Both the position numbers and the translations under genes were made by a program. Positions 1-8,587 of a stretch of 32,000 nt of DNA are shown piece after piece. Within the stretch, counting starts at the first letter, position 1, and the number at the start of each line of letters is the position of its first letter. Below the pieces are notes generated by a model. It saw only the letters and a program-made list of their open reading frames with translations, was not told where the DNA came from and searched no databases. Source of the stretch: Halobacteriales archaeon QS_4_66_20. GTDB lineage: Archaea > Halobacteriota > Halobacteria > Halobacteriales > Haloarculaceae. The stretch covers positions 60,358-92,357 of the forward strand of contig PXRK01000040.1 of the NCBI GenBank assembly GCA_003021015.1, given 5' to 3'.

Positions 1-753
1 GATATAAATTGAGGCACTGTCGCCCACCCCATCTGGAATGATATACTTTTCTTCGATGGAATCTTCCGGAGATAACTTGCTCCACTCCATACTGAGTGTT
101 ATCGAGTCTTCATTAGTCCAAGCCGGATATGCGTACCCGTTATCGTTAATGATGTCCTCATTGCCCTTGTAATATTCGTTGCCAAGTAATTGATGTTCAC
201 CGTCCCAAGCTAGTAAAATACCGAAATGTGGCCTACCTACATGACCCAGTTCGTAGTCTTCTTGACCTACGTTTTGGACTCTCAACGTAAGTTCTCCATC
301 AGTAAGTGATGAATCTAATGTTAGCACTCTATCAAACTCAACGACGTTATTTCGAGACCCGACAGCTATTTCGATCCCGAAAACAGTGTCTCCGTATTCT
401 ACCCACGTATTTCCGCCTTCTAGCCCTCCTTCTTCCCTTTCTTCTTTCACTGGATAGTACGTTTCCCGTGTGATCGCGAGAATTGCTTCGCGATGTTCGG
501 CTGGTTCAAGTTCTGATAGCGATCGTGAATCATTAGGAGGATCACCGTCTCGTGTATATGCTGTGATTGTTTGAATTCCCATCCCCTCCGCGGGGTAATA
601 TTCAGCAATGTCGTGAATTGTCTGGCGAGATTGATCAGGTTCTAAACTTGAAAGATCCTGAGGCTCAGAACTATCTGACTCAAGGCAACCGGCGATACCA
701 GCACTTACAAAACTTCCAGTACTTACTAATATCCAGCGTCGTGAATGTTCCAT
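1..753 (-). CDS. Tat-signal lipoprotein of unknown function, N-terminal 251 codons (ORF continues past the left edge)
   Basis: My own reverse-complement translation: ATG is the complement of 753-751 and the frame is open to base 1. It is absent from the supplied track because no stop lies in the window. The N-terminus MEHSRRWILVSTGSFVSAGIAGC has a twin-arginine motif, a hydrophobic core and a lipobox Cys. GC is about 40% versus about 66% elsewhere. Confidence 0.7.
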   Translation of the reverse strand, partial: MEHSRRWILVSTGSFVSAGIAGCLESDSSEPQDLSSLEPDQSRQTIHDIAEYYPAEGMGIQTITAYTRDGDPPNDSRSLSELEPAEHREAILAITRETYYPVKEEREEGGLEGGNTWVEYGDTVFGIEIAVGSRNNVVEFDRVLTLDSSLTDGELTLRVQNVGQEDYELGHVGRPHFGILLAWDGEHQLLGNEYYKGNEDIINDNGYAYPAWTNEDSITLSMEWSKLSPEDSIEEKYIIPDGVGDSASIYI

Positions 754-773
754 AAGAGACATTGGGGCGGGAA

Positions 774-780
774 TATTAAA
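774..780 (-). promoter_or_regulatory. Candidate TATA box for a leaderless lipoprotein transcript
   Basis: The minus strand reads cgTTTTTAATAttc, centred about 24 nt upstream of the ATG at 753. This spacing is typical of haloarchaeal leaderless promoters. Confidence 0.3.
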
Positions 781-799
781 AACGATTCGGTGAATAAAA

Positions 800-1021
800 C
801 TACTGTTTTAGAGATGCGATTAATGGATGGTCCCGATAGTCCTCCCGAAGCTCCTCGTTCGTGAACAGCGCGTGGATTTGCTTGTGGCAGGGCCGGCAGA
901 GGTCGACCGTCGGGCTCTCGGCGCGGCGCTCGGGCCGGAGGTGGTGCTCCTGGATCACCTGTGGATCGTCGATCCGCTCGTCGGGGATCGAGCGCCGGCA
1001 GAGCGCACACGTCGTGGGCAT
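800..1021 (-). CDS. Small HNH endonuclease-family protein (73 aa)
   Basis: The pattern CALC...QEHHLRPE...CRPCHKQIH matches CxxC / HH / CxxCH of the HNH zinc-finger nuclease fold. The last ~10 codons (800-830) lie in AT-rich sequence. Confidence 0.75.
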   Translation of the reverse strand: MPTTCALCRRSIPDERIDDPQVIQEHHLRPERRAESPTVDLCRPCHKQIHALFTNEELREDYRDHPLIASLKQ

Positions 1022-1059
1022 GTATCCTCGGGCGTCGAATCGTGCGCGTCGGTCACAGA

Positions 1060-1793
1060 TTACAGCCGCAGGACGTCGGACTCCGCCCAGAGCGGGTCAA
1101 ACGTCTCCTGAACGTTGGTCGCGAACTCGGTGTCCTTGAGGTTGATCAGCGCGAACAGCTCGCGGGCGTCAAGCGGGTGGGGGACCTCGATGCAGACCTC
1201 GTGGTGGTCGAGCAGTTCGAAGGTGGTCGACACCTGCTCGTTCGTGCGGACCTCGAAGGGTGCAGCAGGACGGAGATGGTGACGCCGCGCTCCAGCGCCT
1301 CCTCGAGTTCGTCACCGATCCGCTCGCCCGCGGCCTTCAGATCGACCGTCGAGGTGGTGCCCGAGCCGACGAACACGATCTCGTCGTTGGCGGCGGCGAT
1401 CCGCTCGGCGAGCAGGTCGACGGCCTCCTCGTCGCCCAGCGCGGCGGTCCAGAACGGCTCCTCGACGGGTTCGGCGATCTCCAGCTGTTGTTCGAGTTCT
1501 TCGGCGATCTCCTCGTACTGGGTGATCCTCTCCTCCAGCTCCTTGCGCTTGTCCGCGAGCAGCCGGTCGAGCGCCGTCTCCGGCTCGACGGCGACGTACT
1601 TCTTTGGCCGGCTGGCCGCCTGACTCCTGACGAGGTTTTTCGTCTCCAGGCTGTTCAGCACGTCGTAGATCCGTCCCATCGGGACGTCGCTCGACCGCGA
1701 GAGCTCCTTTGCCGTCGTCGCCCCGGTCTGGAGCAGCGATCGGTACGCGCGGGATTCGTACTCCGAGAGACCGAGATCCCTGAGACTGGCCAT
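1060..1793 (-). pseudogene. TrmB-family transcriptional regulator, interrupted by a 1-nt frameshift near 1258-1260
   Basis: The N-terminal part MASLRDLGLSEYESRAYRSLLQTGATTAKELS... is a TrmB wHTH. In track ORF 1146..1844 the tail after ...GVTISVLLH becomes Arg/Ser-rich nonsense. The adjacent frame (1260->1060) reads PFEVRTNEQVSTTFELLDHHEVCIEVPHPLDARELFALINLKDTEFATNVQETFDPLWAESDVLRL-stop, a normal acidic C-terminal domain. The span is 734 nt, one short of a multiple of 3. Confidence 0.75.
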
Positions 1794-1895
1794 TACGGGT
1801 ACCGTCTCGCTGCCGTGGTATAAACTCACCGGGTGTTTATTCACGTTGCCTCGGGCCAGGGTGGCCGAGGCGCATCGCCGGGCATACTGTTCCAG

Positions 1896-3587
1896 TCACC
1901 CGTCGCCAGTCAGCAGCGATTCCAGTTCGGCCGGTGAGTCGACGCGATCATCCTCGACGCCGTCGGTTACGACGCGCGCCTCACCGCGCGTCAGGTCCTG
2001 GGAGTCGGACCCGTCGTCGCTGCCGAGGGCGTGGCCGGCGGTGGCGGCGGCGTTGTGGTCGCTCGCCACGAGCGGCGCGACGACCGTCTCGTGGTCGGCC
2101 AAGCGGAGCGCGGCGCGGTGGAGGTCGCTGCCCGGCTCGGTCGCGACCTGGATGCAACGGGGCTCCTGCAGGCGGGCGGCGACCGTCGCGTAGCCCGCCA
2201 CCTCGACGCCCATCCGCTCGCCCGCGCCGGCGAACGCCTCGACGGCCCGGCGGGCCGCTCGTCGGTAGCGGTCGTCGCCGGTGAGCAGCGCCAGGTCGAG
2301 CAGCGCGTCGGCAGCCTCGACGGCCGAATCCAGCGGATAGAGTGGGCGGTCGAGGAGCCCGGGGCCCTCGGCAGGCCCGTCACAGAACGCCCCCTCGCCG
2401 GTCTGGAGCTGTTCGACTGTCCAGTCGGCGACGGCGACGACGGGCCCGGGTTCGCCCAGCACCTCCCAGGAGGTCGTGAGGCCGGCGAGCAGGCGGGCCT
2501 GGTCGAGCAACAGACCGGACTCGCCGCTATCGTCGCCGTCGCGGTAGTGGGTGACCTCGCCACCGTCGACGAGGTGCTCACAGACGTACTCGCGGGCCTG
2601 GCGGGCGTACCGCGTCGCGTCGGCGTCGTCGGTGTAGGCGACGTACCGCAGCAGGGCGTCGACGGCCAGCCCGTTGCGGTCCGCAAGGACGGTGTCGTCG
2701 ACGCTCGGCGGGTCGGCGTCCTCGCGGTCGGCGGGTTCGAGGGTGAAGTACGATTCGTCGCCGCCCTGGCTGGCGCCGACGGCGTCGCCGGTCCACAGCG
2801 TCGTGGTCAGGAACTCGACGCCGCGTTCGGCGGCCTCGCGGTACGAGTCCTCGCCGGTGTAGCGGTAGCCGTAGGCGAACGCCCGTACGAGGGCGGCGTT
2901 CTCGTCGGCGAGTTTCTCCCGGCGGGCGCCGCCCCAGTTTCGGTTGCGCGCGTAGCGGTAGAACCCGCCGTCGTAGGTGTCCAGCAGGTGGGTCTGGATG
3001 GCTTCCAGCGTCCGGGTGGCCTGGTCGGGCGCCCGGACGAGTGCGAATTCGATCGTACGAGGCAGCGGGAACTTGACGCCGGAGCCCCAGCCGCCGAACT
3101 CCTCGTCGAAGGTGCCCAAAAGCTGTTCGACCATGTGCTCCTCGATCCGGGCGTCGATGTCGCCCGCCGGCGTCGGGTCGTCCCGCAGTGCTCGGGGGAT
3201 CGACCCCGCCTCCTCCCCGTTGCTGTCCCACGTCTTGCGGACGCTGTCGAGGATGCCCCGGAAGCCGTCGACGCCGAGGTGGGTGGCACCGGTCAGCACT
3301 TTTCCGGAGGGTGTGAGAAAGACAGTCGAGGGAAACCCGCCCATGTTGTAGCGTTCGCGGACTCGGGGGTGGCGGTCGGCGTCGACGCGCACGGGAACGA
3401 AGCCGTCGTTGATGTTCGCGGCGATGCGCGGTTCGTCGTACGTGGTGGTGTCCATCTCCCGGCACTCCGCGGACCACGACGTGACAAGGGCGAGTAGCAC
3501 TGGTTTGGCCGCCCGGTCGGCGGCGTCGAAGGCCTTCTGGCCCCACTCGCGCCACTGGACTTTCGTCGCGTCCGCGCTCTCGGTCAT
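1896..3587 (-). CDS. Thioredoxin-domain / DUF255 (YyaL-like) protein
   Basis: It has a thioredoxin-like N-terminus (KPVLLALVTSWSAEC, FVPVRVDADRHPRVRERYN, GGFPSTVFL) followed by a long helical repeat region. The start is taken at MTESADATKVQW; the track start at 3623 lies in the MITE terminus. Confidence 0.75.
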   Translation of the reverse strand: MTESADATKVQWREWGQKAFDAADRAAKPVLLALVTSWSAECREMDTTTYDEPRIAANINDGFVPVRVDADRHPRVRERYNMGGFPSTVFLTPSGKVLTGATHLGVDGFRGILDSVRKTWDSNGEEAGSIPRALRDDPTPAGDIDARIEEHMVEQLLGTFDEEFGGWGSGVKFPLPRTIEFALVRAPDQATRTLEAIQTHLLDTYDGGFYRYARNRNWGGARREKLADENAALVRAFAYGYRYTGEDSYREAAERGVEFLTTTLWTGDAVGASQGGDESYFTLEPADREDADPPSVDDTVLADRNGLAVDALLRYVAYTDDADATRYARQAREYVCEHLVDGGEVTHYRDGDDSGESGLLLDQARLLAGLTTSWEVLGEPGPVVAVADWTVEQLQTGEGAFCDGPAEGPGLLDRPLYPLDSAVEAADALLDLALLTGDDRYRRAARRAVEAFAGAGERMGVEVAGYATVAARLQEPRCIQVATEPGSDLHRAALRLADHETVVAPLVASDHNAAATAGHALGSDDGSDSQDLTRGEARVVTDGVEDDRVDSPAELESLLTGDG

Positions 3588-3621
3588 ATCCGTAGTTGGT
3601 TTCTGGTAGTTACACCTCTTC

Positions 3622-3892
3622 ATACTGTCGGACGTGACTCTGTGGAATGGTCAGACACGCAAATCGGTGTATACAGTCAGACGTGATTCATACTGGTGGC
3701 TGTAATTCTTTTACTCGCCACTCTCTGCTACCTGAGGATACAGACCCTTTCCGCCTGGATTCTCAATTCGAGTTTTCACGTACTTACAGCCACCAGTATC
3801 AGTGAAGCTATGCCGTCCCAAATCCCGTTGTTCGGGGCATGACATAGCCGATGGACTGTCCTGGCACTGAACGGAGTCACGTCTGGCTGTAT
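3622..3892. mobile_element. Family-B MITE-like composite: solo left end (3622-3660) plus complete copy (3671-3892)
   Basis: The left ends are atactgtcggacgtgactctgtgg (3622) and atacagtcagacgtgattc (3671). The reverse complement of the right end at 3892 is atacagccagacgtgactcc. The first 45 nt match the left arm of the copy at 19514. Confidence 0.65.
3690..3799. mobile_element. Family-C 110-bp TIR element nested in the family-B copy
   Basis: There is a perfect 16-bp inverted repeat: atactggtggctgtaa (3690-3705) and ttacagccaccagtat (3784-3799). The interior is about 46% GC. It shares the ATAC..GTAT termini and size class of family A. Confidence 0.55.
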
Positions 3893-3913
3893 ATGCACAC
3901 AAAAAGCGGTGCG

Positions 3914-3919
3914 TTAAAA
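3914..3919 (+). promoter_or_regulatory. Candidate TATA box for the amidohydrolase gene
   Basis: gcgTTAAAAcac is centred about 27 nt upstream of the ATG at 3944. Confidence 0.3.
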
Positions 3920-3943
3920 CACTCGGAGGGCGAGACTGGAACT

Positions 3944-4960
3944 ATGCTTCTCGAGGGGACCATCCTCAGGGGGCGCTCGTTTCAGCCGATCGAGGGCCGG
4001 ATCGTCGTCGAGGACGGCCGGATCGAGGCGATCGAGGAGAGCGATGCGCGCAGCGACGACATTATTCTTCCGGCGTTCGTCAACGCCCACACCCACGTCG
4101 GGGATTCGATCGCGAAGGAGGCAGGCGAAGGGTTGACCCTCGAGGAACTCGTCGCGCCGCCGGACGGGCTCAAACACCGGCTGCTCGCGGAGGCCGATCG
4201 GTCGGAACTGGTCGACGCGATGGCCGAGACCCTCTCGTTCATGGAAGCTAACGGTACGGCAGCGTTTATCGAGTTCAGGGAGGGCGGCGTCGAGGGGGTC
4301 GAGGCCATCGAGGAGGCACTGCGCGGTGTCGACGTCGAATCGGTCGTCCTCGGCCGGGAATCGATCGAGGCGATGGAACGGAGCGACGGGTTCGGTGCGA
4401 GCGGCGCCAACGACGGCGAGTTCTCGCGGGAGCGTAACGCGACCGCTCGGGAGGGGAAGCTGTTCGGCATCCATGCCGGGGAGGTCGACAGCTCCGACAT
4501 CAATCCCGCGATGGATCTGGACCCGGACTTCCTCGTCCACATGGTCCACGCCGAGGAGCTCCACCTCGAACGGGTGGCAGACAGCAACATCCCGGTAGTG
4601 GTCTGTCCCCGGTCGAACGCAGTCACGGACGTGGGGCTGCCGCCGGTGAGCGACATGCTGGACGCGACGACGGTCGCGCTCGGGACGGACAACGTCATGC
4701 TCAACAGCCCGTCGATGTTCCGCGAGATGGCGTTCACCGCGAAGCTGACTGACGCCTCGACGGCCGACGTGCTCCGGATGGCGACGATCAACGGCGCGGA
4801 AATCGCCGGCCTGAACTGCGGGCTGATCGAGGAGGGCCGTGATGCACGGCTCGTCGTCCTCGACGGGACCTCGCCGAACCTCTCCGGCGCGAAAGATCCC
4901 TGCCGGGCGGTCGTCCGGCGGGCCGGCGTCGACGACATCAAGGACGTAATCAGGCCCTGA
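3944..4960 (+). CDS. Amidohydrolase-superfamily protein (chlorohydrolase/deaminase-like)
   Basis: It has the metal-binding motif PAFVNAHTHVGDS, then HAGE and ALGTDNVM. The start is taken at MLLEGTILRG downstream of the MITE. Confidence 0.8.
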   Translation: MLLEGTILRGRSFQPIEGRIVVEDGRIEAIEESDARSDDIILPAFVNAHTHVGDSIAKEAGEGLTLEELVAPPDGLKHRLLAEADRSELVDAMAETLSFMEANGTAAFIEFREGGVEGVEAIEEALRGVDVESVVLGRESIEAMERSDGFGASGANDGEFSRERNATAREGKLFGIHAGEVDSSDINPAMDLDPDFLVHMVHAEELHLERVADSNIPVVVCPRSNAVTDVGLPPVSDMLDATTVALGTDNVMLNSPSMFREMAFTAKLTDASTADVLRMATINGAEIAGLNCGLIEEGRDARLVVLDGTSPNLSGAKDPCRAVVRRAGVDDIKDVIRP

Positions 4961-5014
4961 ACGCCCCTGGATTTATCGGTGGGGGTCGAGTAACGTCCGT
5001 GTGAGTGGTGCACA

Positions 5015-5461
5015 GTGTACGACCACATTCTGGTCCCGACGGACGGCTCGGCAGGGATGGAGACCGTCATCGAGCACGCCGTCTCGCTGGCCCAACTCCA
5101 CGGCGGGACCCTCCACGGCCTGTACGTCGTCAACACCGCGGCGCTGACCGATCTCCCGATGGAGTCCTCCTGGGAGGGCGTCAGCCAGGCGCTCGAACAG
5201 GAGGGCCAGGTCGCGCTCAACGAGGTCGAACAGCTGGCCCGTGACGTCCCGGTCGAGGTGACCCGGATCGAGGGGTCGCCCGCCCGGGAGATCGTCTCCT
5301 ACGCCGAGGACAACGACGTGGACGTGATCGTCATGGGAACACACGGCCGCTCGGGCGTGGACCGACTGCTGCTGGGCAGCGTCGCTGAACGGGTCGTCCG
5401 GTCCTCCAGCGTCCCCGTGTTGACGATCCGCGTGGCGGGGAACCGCGAGGACGACTCCTGA
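5015..5461 (+). CDS. Universal stress protein (UspA family)
   Basis: MYDHILVPTDGS...DVIVMGTHGRSGVDRLLLGSVAERVVRSSSVPVLTI. GTG start. Confidence 0.9.
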   Translation: MYDHILVPTDGSAGMETVIEHAVSLAQLHGGTLHGLYVVNTAALTDLPMESSWEGVSQALEQEGQVALNEVEQLARDVPVEVTRIEGSPAREIVSYAEDNDVDVIVMGTHGRSGVDRLLLGSVAERVVRSSSVPVLTIRVAGNREDDS

Positions 5462-6394
5462 TCAGGGGTCGGCGGGGCGGAGGTGCTCACAGTCGCCGGC
5501 AGTGACCTCCCTGGTGCCCTCAGCCGTCTCGACGACGAGGCTGCCGGGGAAGCGCACGTCGACGGCGTCGCCGACGATCTCCTCGCCCGGAGTTTCGACC
5601 CGGACACGCTGTCCCAGCGTCGAGGAGAGCTTCCGCCAGGCGGGCAGCACTTGCTGCAGATCGACCGTTAGCTCGTGAAACGCCGCGAGCAGGCTCTGGG
5701 TGAGTTCCCGCCTGTCGACGTCACCGACCTCCTCCCGGACTGTGGTGACTGGCCGGTCAGTCGGCAGATCGGCCGCGTCGACGTTCGCGTTGACGCCGAT
5801 GCCCACTACCAGCCAGGAGACGCGGTCGGCCTCCCCTTCCATCTCCGTGAGAATGCCTGCCAGTTTGCGATCCCCGACCAGTACGTCGTTGGGCCACTTG
5901 ATCGAGGCGTCAACGCCGGCCTCGCGGACGGCCCGGGTCGTCGCAACCGCGGCCGCGAGGGTGTAGGCGGGCGCCTGCGTGGGCGGAACGTCCGGTCTGC
6001 TCAGAATCGAGAGCCAGATCCCGCCCGACGGCGAGGACCAACCCCGATCGAGCCGCCCCCGACCGCCTGTCTGGGCGTCAGCGAGGACGACCACGTTCTC
6101 CCGGCCGTCGACCGCGAGGTCGCGCGCCCTGGCGTTCGTGCTGTCGATCGTCTCGTGGTACTCTACCTCGTACGGTGCGTCGAGCCCGAACTCCACTGCC
6201 GGCCCGCCGAACTCCGGGACTCCCGCCAGGTCGTACCCCGCCTCGGCGCTGTCGATCTCGAAGCCGGCCGCACGGAGCGCCTCGACGTGTTTCCAGACCG
6301 CCGCCCGGGAGACGCCGAGGTCCTCGGCGATCTGGGGGCCGCCGACAGGACCCGCCGCGATCCGGTCGAGGACGCGAGCGCGAGTCTCCTGCAT
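5462..6394 (-). CDS. birA: Biotin--[acetyl-CoA-carboxylase] ligase with N-terminal HTH
   Basis: The HTH is IAEDLGVSRAAVWKHVEALRAAGFEI. The ligase motifs are GGRGRLDRGWSSPSGG and KWPNDVL. It lies directly downstream of the biotin-dependent carboxylase genes. Confidence 0.9.
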   Translation of the reverse strand: MQETRARVLDRIAAGPVGGPQIAEDLGVSRAAVWKHVEALRAAGFEIDSAEAGYDLAGVPEFGGPAVEFGLDAPYEVEYHETIDSTNARARDLAVDGRENVVVLADAQTGGRGRLDRGWSSPSGGIWLSILSRPDVPPTQAPAYTLAAAVATTRAVREAGVDASIKWPNDVLVGDRKLAGILTEMEGEADRVSWLVVGIGVNANVDAADLPTDRPVTTVREEVGDVDRRELTQSLLAAFHELTVDLQQVLPAWRKLSSTLGQRVRVETPGEEIVGDAVDVRFPGSLVVETAEGTREVTAGDCEHLRPADP

Positions 6395-6442
6395 GACTCA
6401 CCCTCCGCAGGGGGGGACAACCAAGGTTTCGGCTGTGCCTGC

Positions 6443-8293
6443 TCACTCGATCACGAACAGCACGTCGCCCATGTCGACGCTGTCGTCCTCGGCGACCGTG
6501 ATCTCGGCGATCGTCCCGCCGTACTCCGCGACGACGTCGTTCTCCATCTTCATCGCCTCCAGCACGCAGAGCACGTCGCCGGCCTCCACCTCGTCGCCCT
6601 CCTCGACGGTGGTTTCGAGGATCGTACCCTGCATCTCGGCTGTGACCGTCTCACCGTCGGTCGCCGCCGCGCTGCCCTCGCTGGCCCCCTCGTCCGGGCC
6701 GGCGCGGCCGGGGCGGTTCGCGGAGCCGCCGGCGTCGATCTCCCCGACGTCGAGGGCGGGAGCGCCGTGCTCCTCCAGTTCGACCTCGAAGCGCCTGCCG
6801 TCGACCTCGACGGTGAACTCGCGGGTGGTCGACTCCTCGCCGTCCGCCTCCGCCGAGGTTTCAGTCCCCCACCGTTGTTGGGCCTCCTCGATCCGGCTGT
6901 CGGCGAGCTGTTCGTCGAGGTACTTCGTGGTGTGCTTGCCGTCGAGGAACGTCCCGTCGGTGAGCATCAGGCGGTGGAAGGGGATGATCGTCACGACGCC
7001 CTCGATGTCGTACTCCGAGAGCGCGCGCAGCGACCGGTCGATGCACTCCGCGCGGTCGCTGCCGTGGACGATCAGCTTCGCGATCATCGAGTCGTAGTCG
7101 GTGACGAGTTCGTCGCCCTGCCGGAGCGCGTCGTCGATCCGGACGCCGATGCCGCCCGGCGGATCGTACGTGTCCAGGACGCCGCCCGTCGCCGGCGCGA
7201 ACTCCTGGGCGGCGTTCTCCGCGTTGATCCGGAACTCCATCGCGTGACCCTCCAGGTCGACCGACTCCTGGGAGAAGCTGAGCTCCTCGCCCGCTGCGAC
7301 CCTGAGCTGCCAGTTCACGATGTCGACGCCCGTCAGCTCCTCGGTGACGGTGTGTTCGACCTGGATCCGCGTGTTGACCTCCAGGAAGTAGAAGTTCGTG
7401 TCGGATCCCAGCGGCTCGTCGGGATCCCGGCCGGGGTCCTCCTCGACGAGGAACTCCACGGTCCCGGCGTTCGTGTAGCCAGCGGCGTCGACACCGCGGC
7501 GGGCCGCCTCGCCGATCTCCTCGCGGAGGTCGTCGGACAGCGCCGGCGAGGGCCCTTCCTCGATCACCTTCTGGTGGCGCCGCTGCAGCGAGCAGTCACG
7601 CTCGCCGAGGTGCCGGACGTTGCCGTGGTGGTCCGCGAGGATCTGGATCTCGACGTGACGGGGGTGTTCGAGGTACCGCTCCAGGTACACCGAGTCGTTG
7701 TCGAAGTAAGCCTCGCCCTCCCGCTTCGCGCTCTCCAGTTCGTCCGCGGCCTGGCCGGCGTCCCGGACTACTTTCATGCCGCGGCCACCGCCGCCGCCTT
7801 CGGCTTTGATCGCCACGGGATAGCCGTGTTCGTCACCGAACGCCGTGACCTCCTCGGGGTCGGTGACGGGGTCCGTCGTGCCGGGAACGATCGGGACGTC
7901 GGCCTCCTGCATGATCTGGCGGGCTTGCGTCTTCTCGCCGAGCTGTTCCATGCCGTCGCTGTCGGGCCCGACCCAGGTCACGCCCTCTGTCGCCTCCACC
8001 TCGGCGGCGAAGTCGGCGTTCTCCGCGAGGAAGCCATAGCCCGGGTGGATCGCGTCTGCATCCGCCCGCTGGGCAGCGTCGATGATCGCGTCGTGGTCCA
8101 GGTACGAGTCGGCGGCCCGCGCGGGGCCGACGTTGTACGCTTCGTCGGCGTACCGGACGTGGCCGCCGTCGCTGTCGGCATCGCTGTAGACGGCGACGGT
8201 TTCGATGCCCATGTCGTGGCAGGCCCGCATCACCCGGACGGCGATCTCGCCGCGGTTCGCGACCAGTACCTTCTCGAACGGTTTCGCTGTCAT
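6443..8293 (-). CDS. pccA: Biotin carboxylase fused to biotin carboxyl carrier domain (acyl-CoA carboxylase alpha subunit)
   Basis: [18 protein letters not shown], the ATP-grasp [10 protein letters not shown], and a C-terminal biotinyl domain with EAMKMEN. The start at MTAKPFEKV forms an ATGA overlap with the upstream small gene. Confidence 0.9.
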   Translation of the reverse strand: MTAKPFEKVLVANRGEIAVRVMRACHDMGIETVAVYSDADSDGGHVRYADEAYNVGPARAADSYLDHDAIIDAAQRADADAIHPGYGFLAENADFAAEVEATEGVTWVGPDSDGMEQLGEKTQARQIMQEADVPIVPGTTDPVTDPEEVTAFGDEHGYPVAIKAEGGGGGRGMKVVRDAGQAADELESAKREGEAYFDNDSVYLERYLEHPRHVEIQILADHHGNVRHLGERDCSLQRRHQKVIEEGPSPALSDDLREEIGEAARRGVDAAGYTNAGTVEFLVEEDPGRDPDEPLGSDTNFYFLEVNTRIQVEHTVTEELTGVDIVNWQLRVAAGEELSFSQESVDLEGHAMEFRINAENAAQEFAPATGGVLDTYDPPGGIGVRIDDALRQGDELVTDYDSMIAKLIVHGSDRAECIDRSLRALSEYDIEGVVTIIPFHRLMLTDGTFLDGKHTTKYLDEQLADSRIEEAQQRWGTETSAEADGEESTTREFTVEVDGRRFEVELEEHGAPALDVGEIDAGGSANRPGRAGPDEGASEGSAAATDGETVTAEMQGTILETTVEEGDEVEAGDVLCVLEAMKMENDVVAEYGGTIAEITVAEDDSVDMGDVLFVIE

Positions 8294-8586
8294 TCGAGCC
8301 CCTCCAGTCGTCCGGCGGTGGTCCACCCGTCGGTCGGTGCGTTCCGCGGCACCCGCCGTGCGGTGCCGGTCACGGCTTCCAGGCGGCCAGCGTACTTGAA
8401 GCGCGTGCCGTCCCAGCTCTCAGCAGCCCTACTCGCGCTCGCCGCCGCGGCTGTGGCCGCAGCGACCTCCTGATCCCGGAGGTGCGCGCCGATGGCGGCA
8501 GCGATGGCCGCCGCCTCCTCCCGTGTCGCGGCGGGTGGCACGTCCAGCGTCGGGTCATCCAGCAGTACCGGCGTTTCTTCAGTCAT
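8290..8586 (-). CDS. pccX: Small acyl-CoA carboxylase-associated subunit (PccX-like)
   Basis: This 98-aa Ala-rich acidic protein sits between the carboxyltransferase and biotin carboxylase genes. It is coupled at both ends (stop/start 1 nt apart at 8586/8588, ATGA overlap at 8290-8293). The arrangement matches the pccB-pccX-pccA layout known in Haloferax. Confidence 0.6.
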   Translation of the reverse strand: MTEETPVLLDDPTLDVPPAATREEAAAIAAAIGAHLRDQEVAAATAAAASASRAAESWDGTRFKYAGRLEAVTGTARRVPRNAPTDGWTTAGRLEGLE

Positions 8587-8587
8587 G

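Noticed and set aside
3711-3902. A 63-aa ORF inside the intergenic repeat nest
   Set aside because: It spans the junctions of three different repeat elements. Its composition is not halophile-like, and there is no start-context support.
5675-8473. A 932-aa ORF on the plus strand, the longest in the window
   Set aside because: It is antisense to birA and pccA, which have unmistakable catalytic motifs. Its translation is Arg/Gly/Val/Asp-rich and basic, unlike the acidic proteome. It has no recognisable domains. Long stop-free antisense frames are expected at this GC content.
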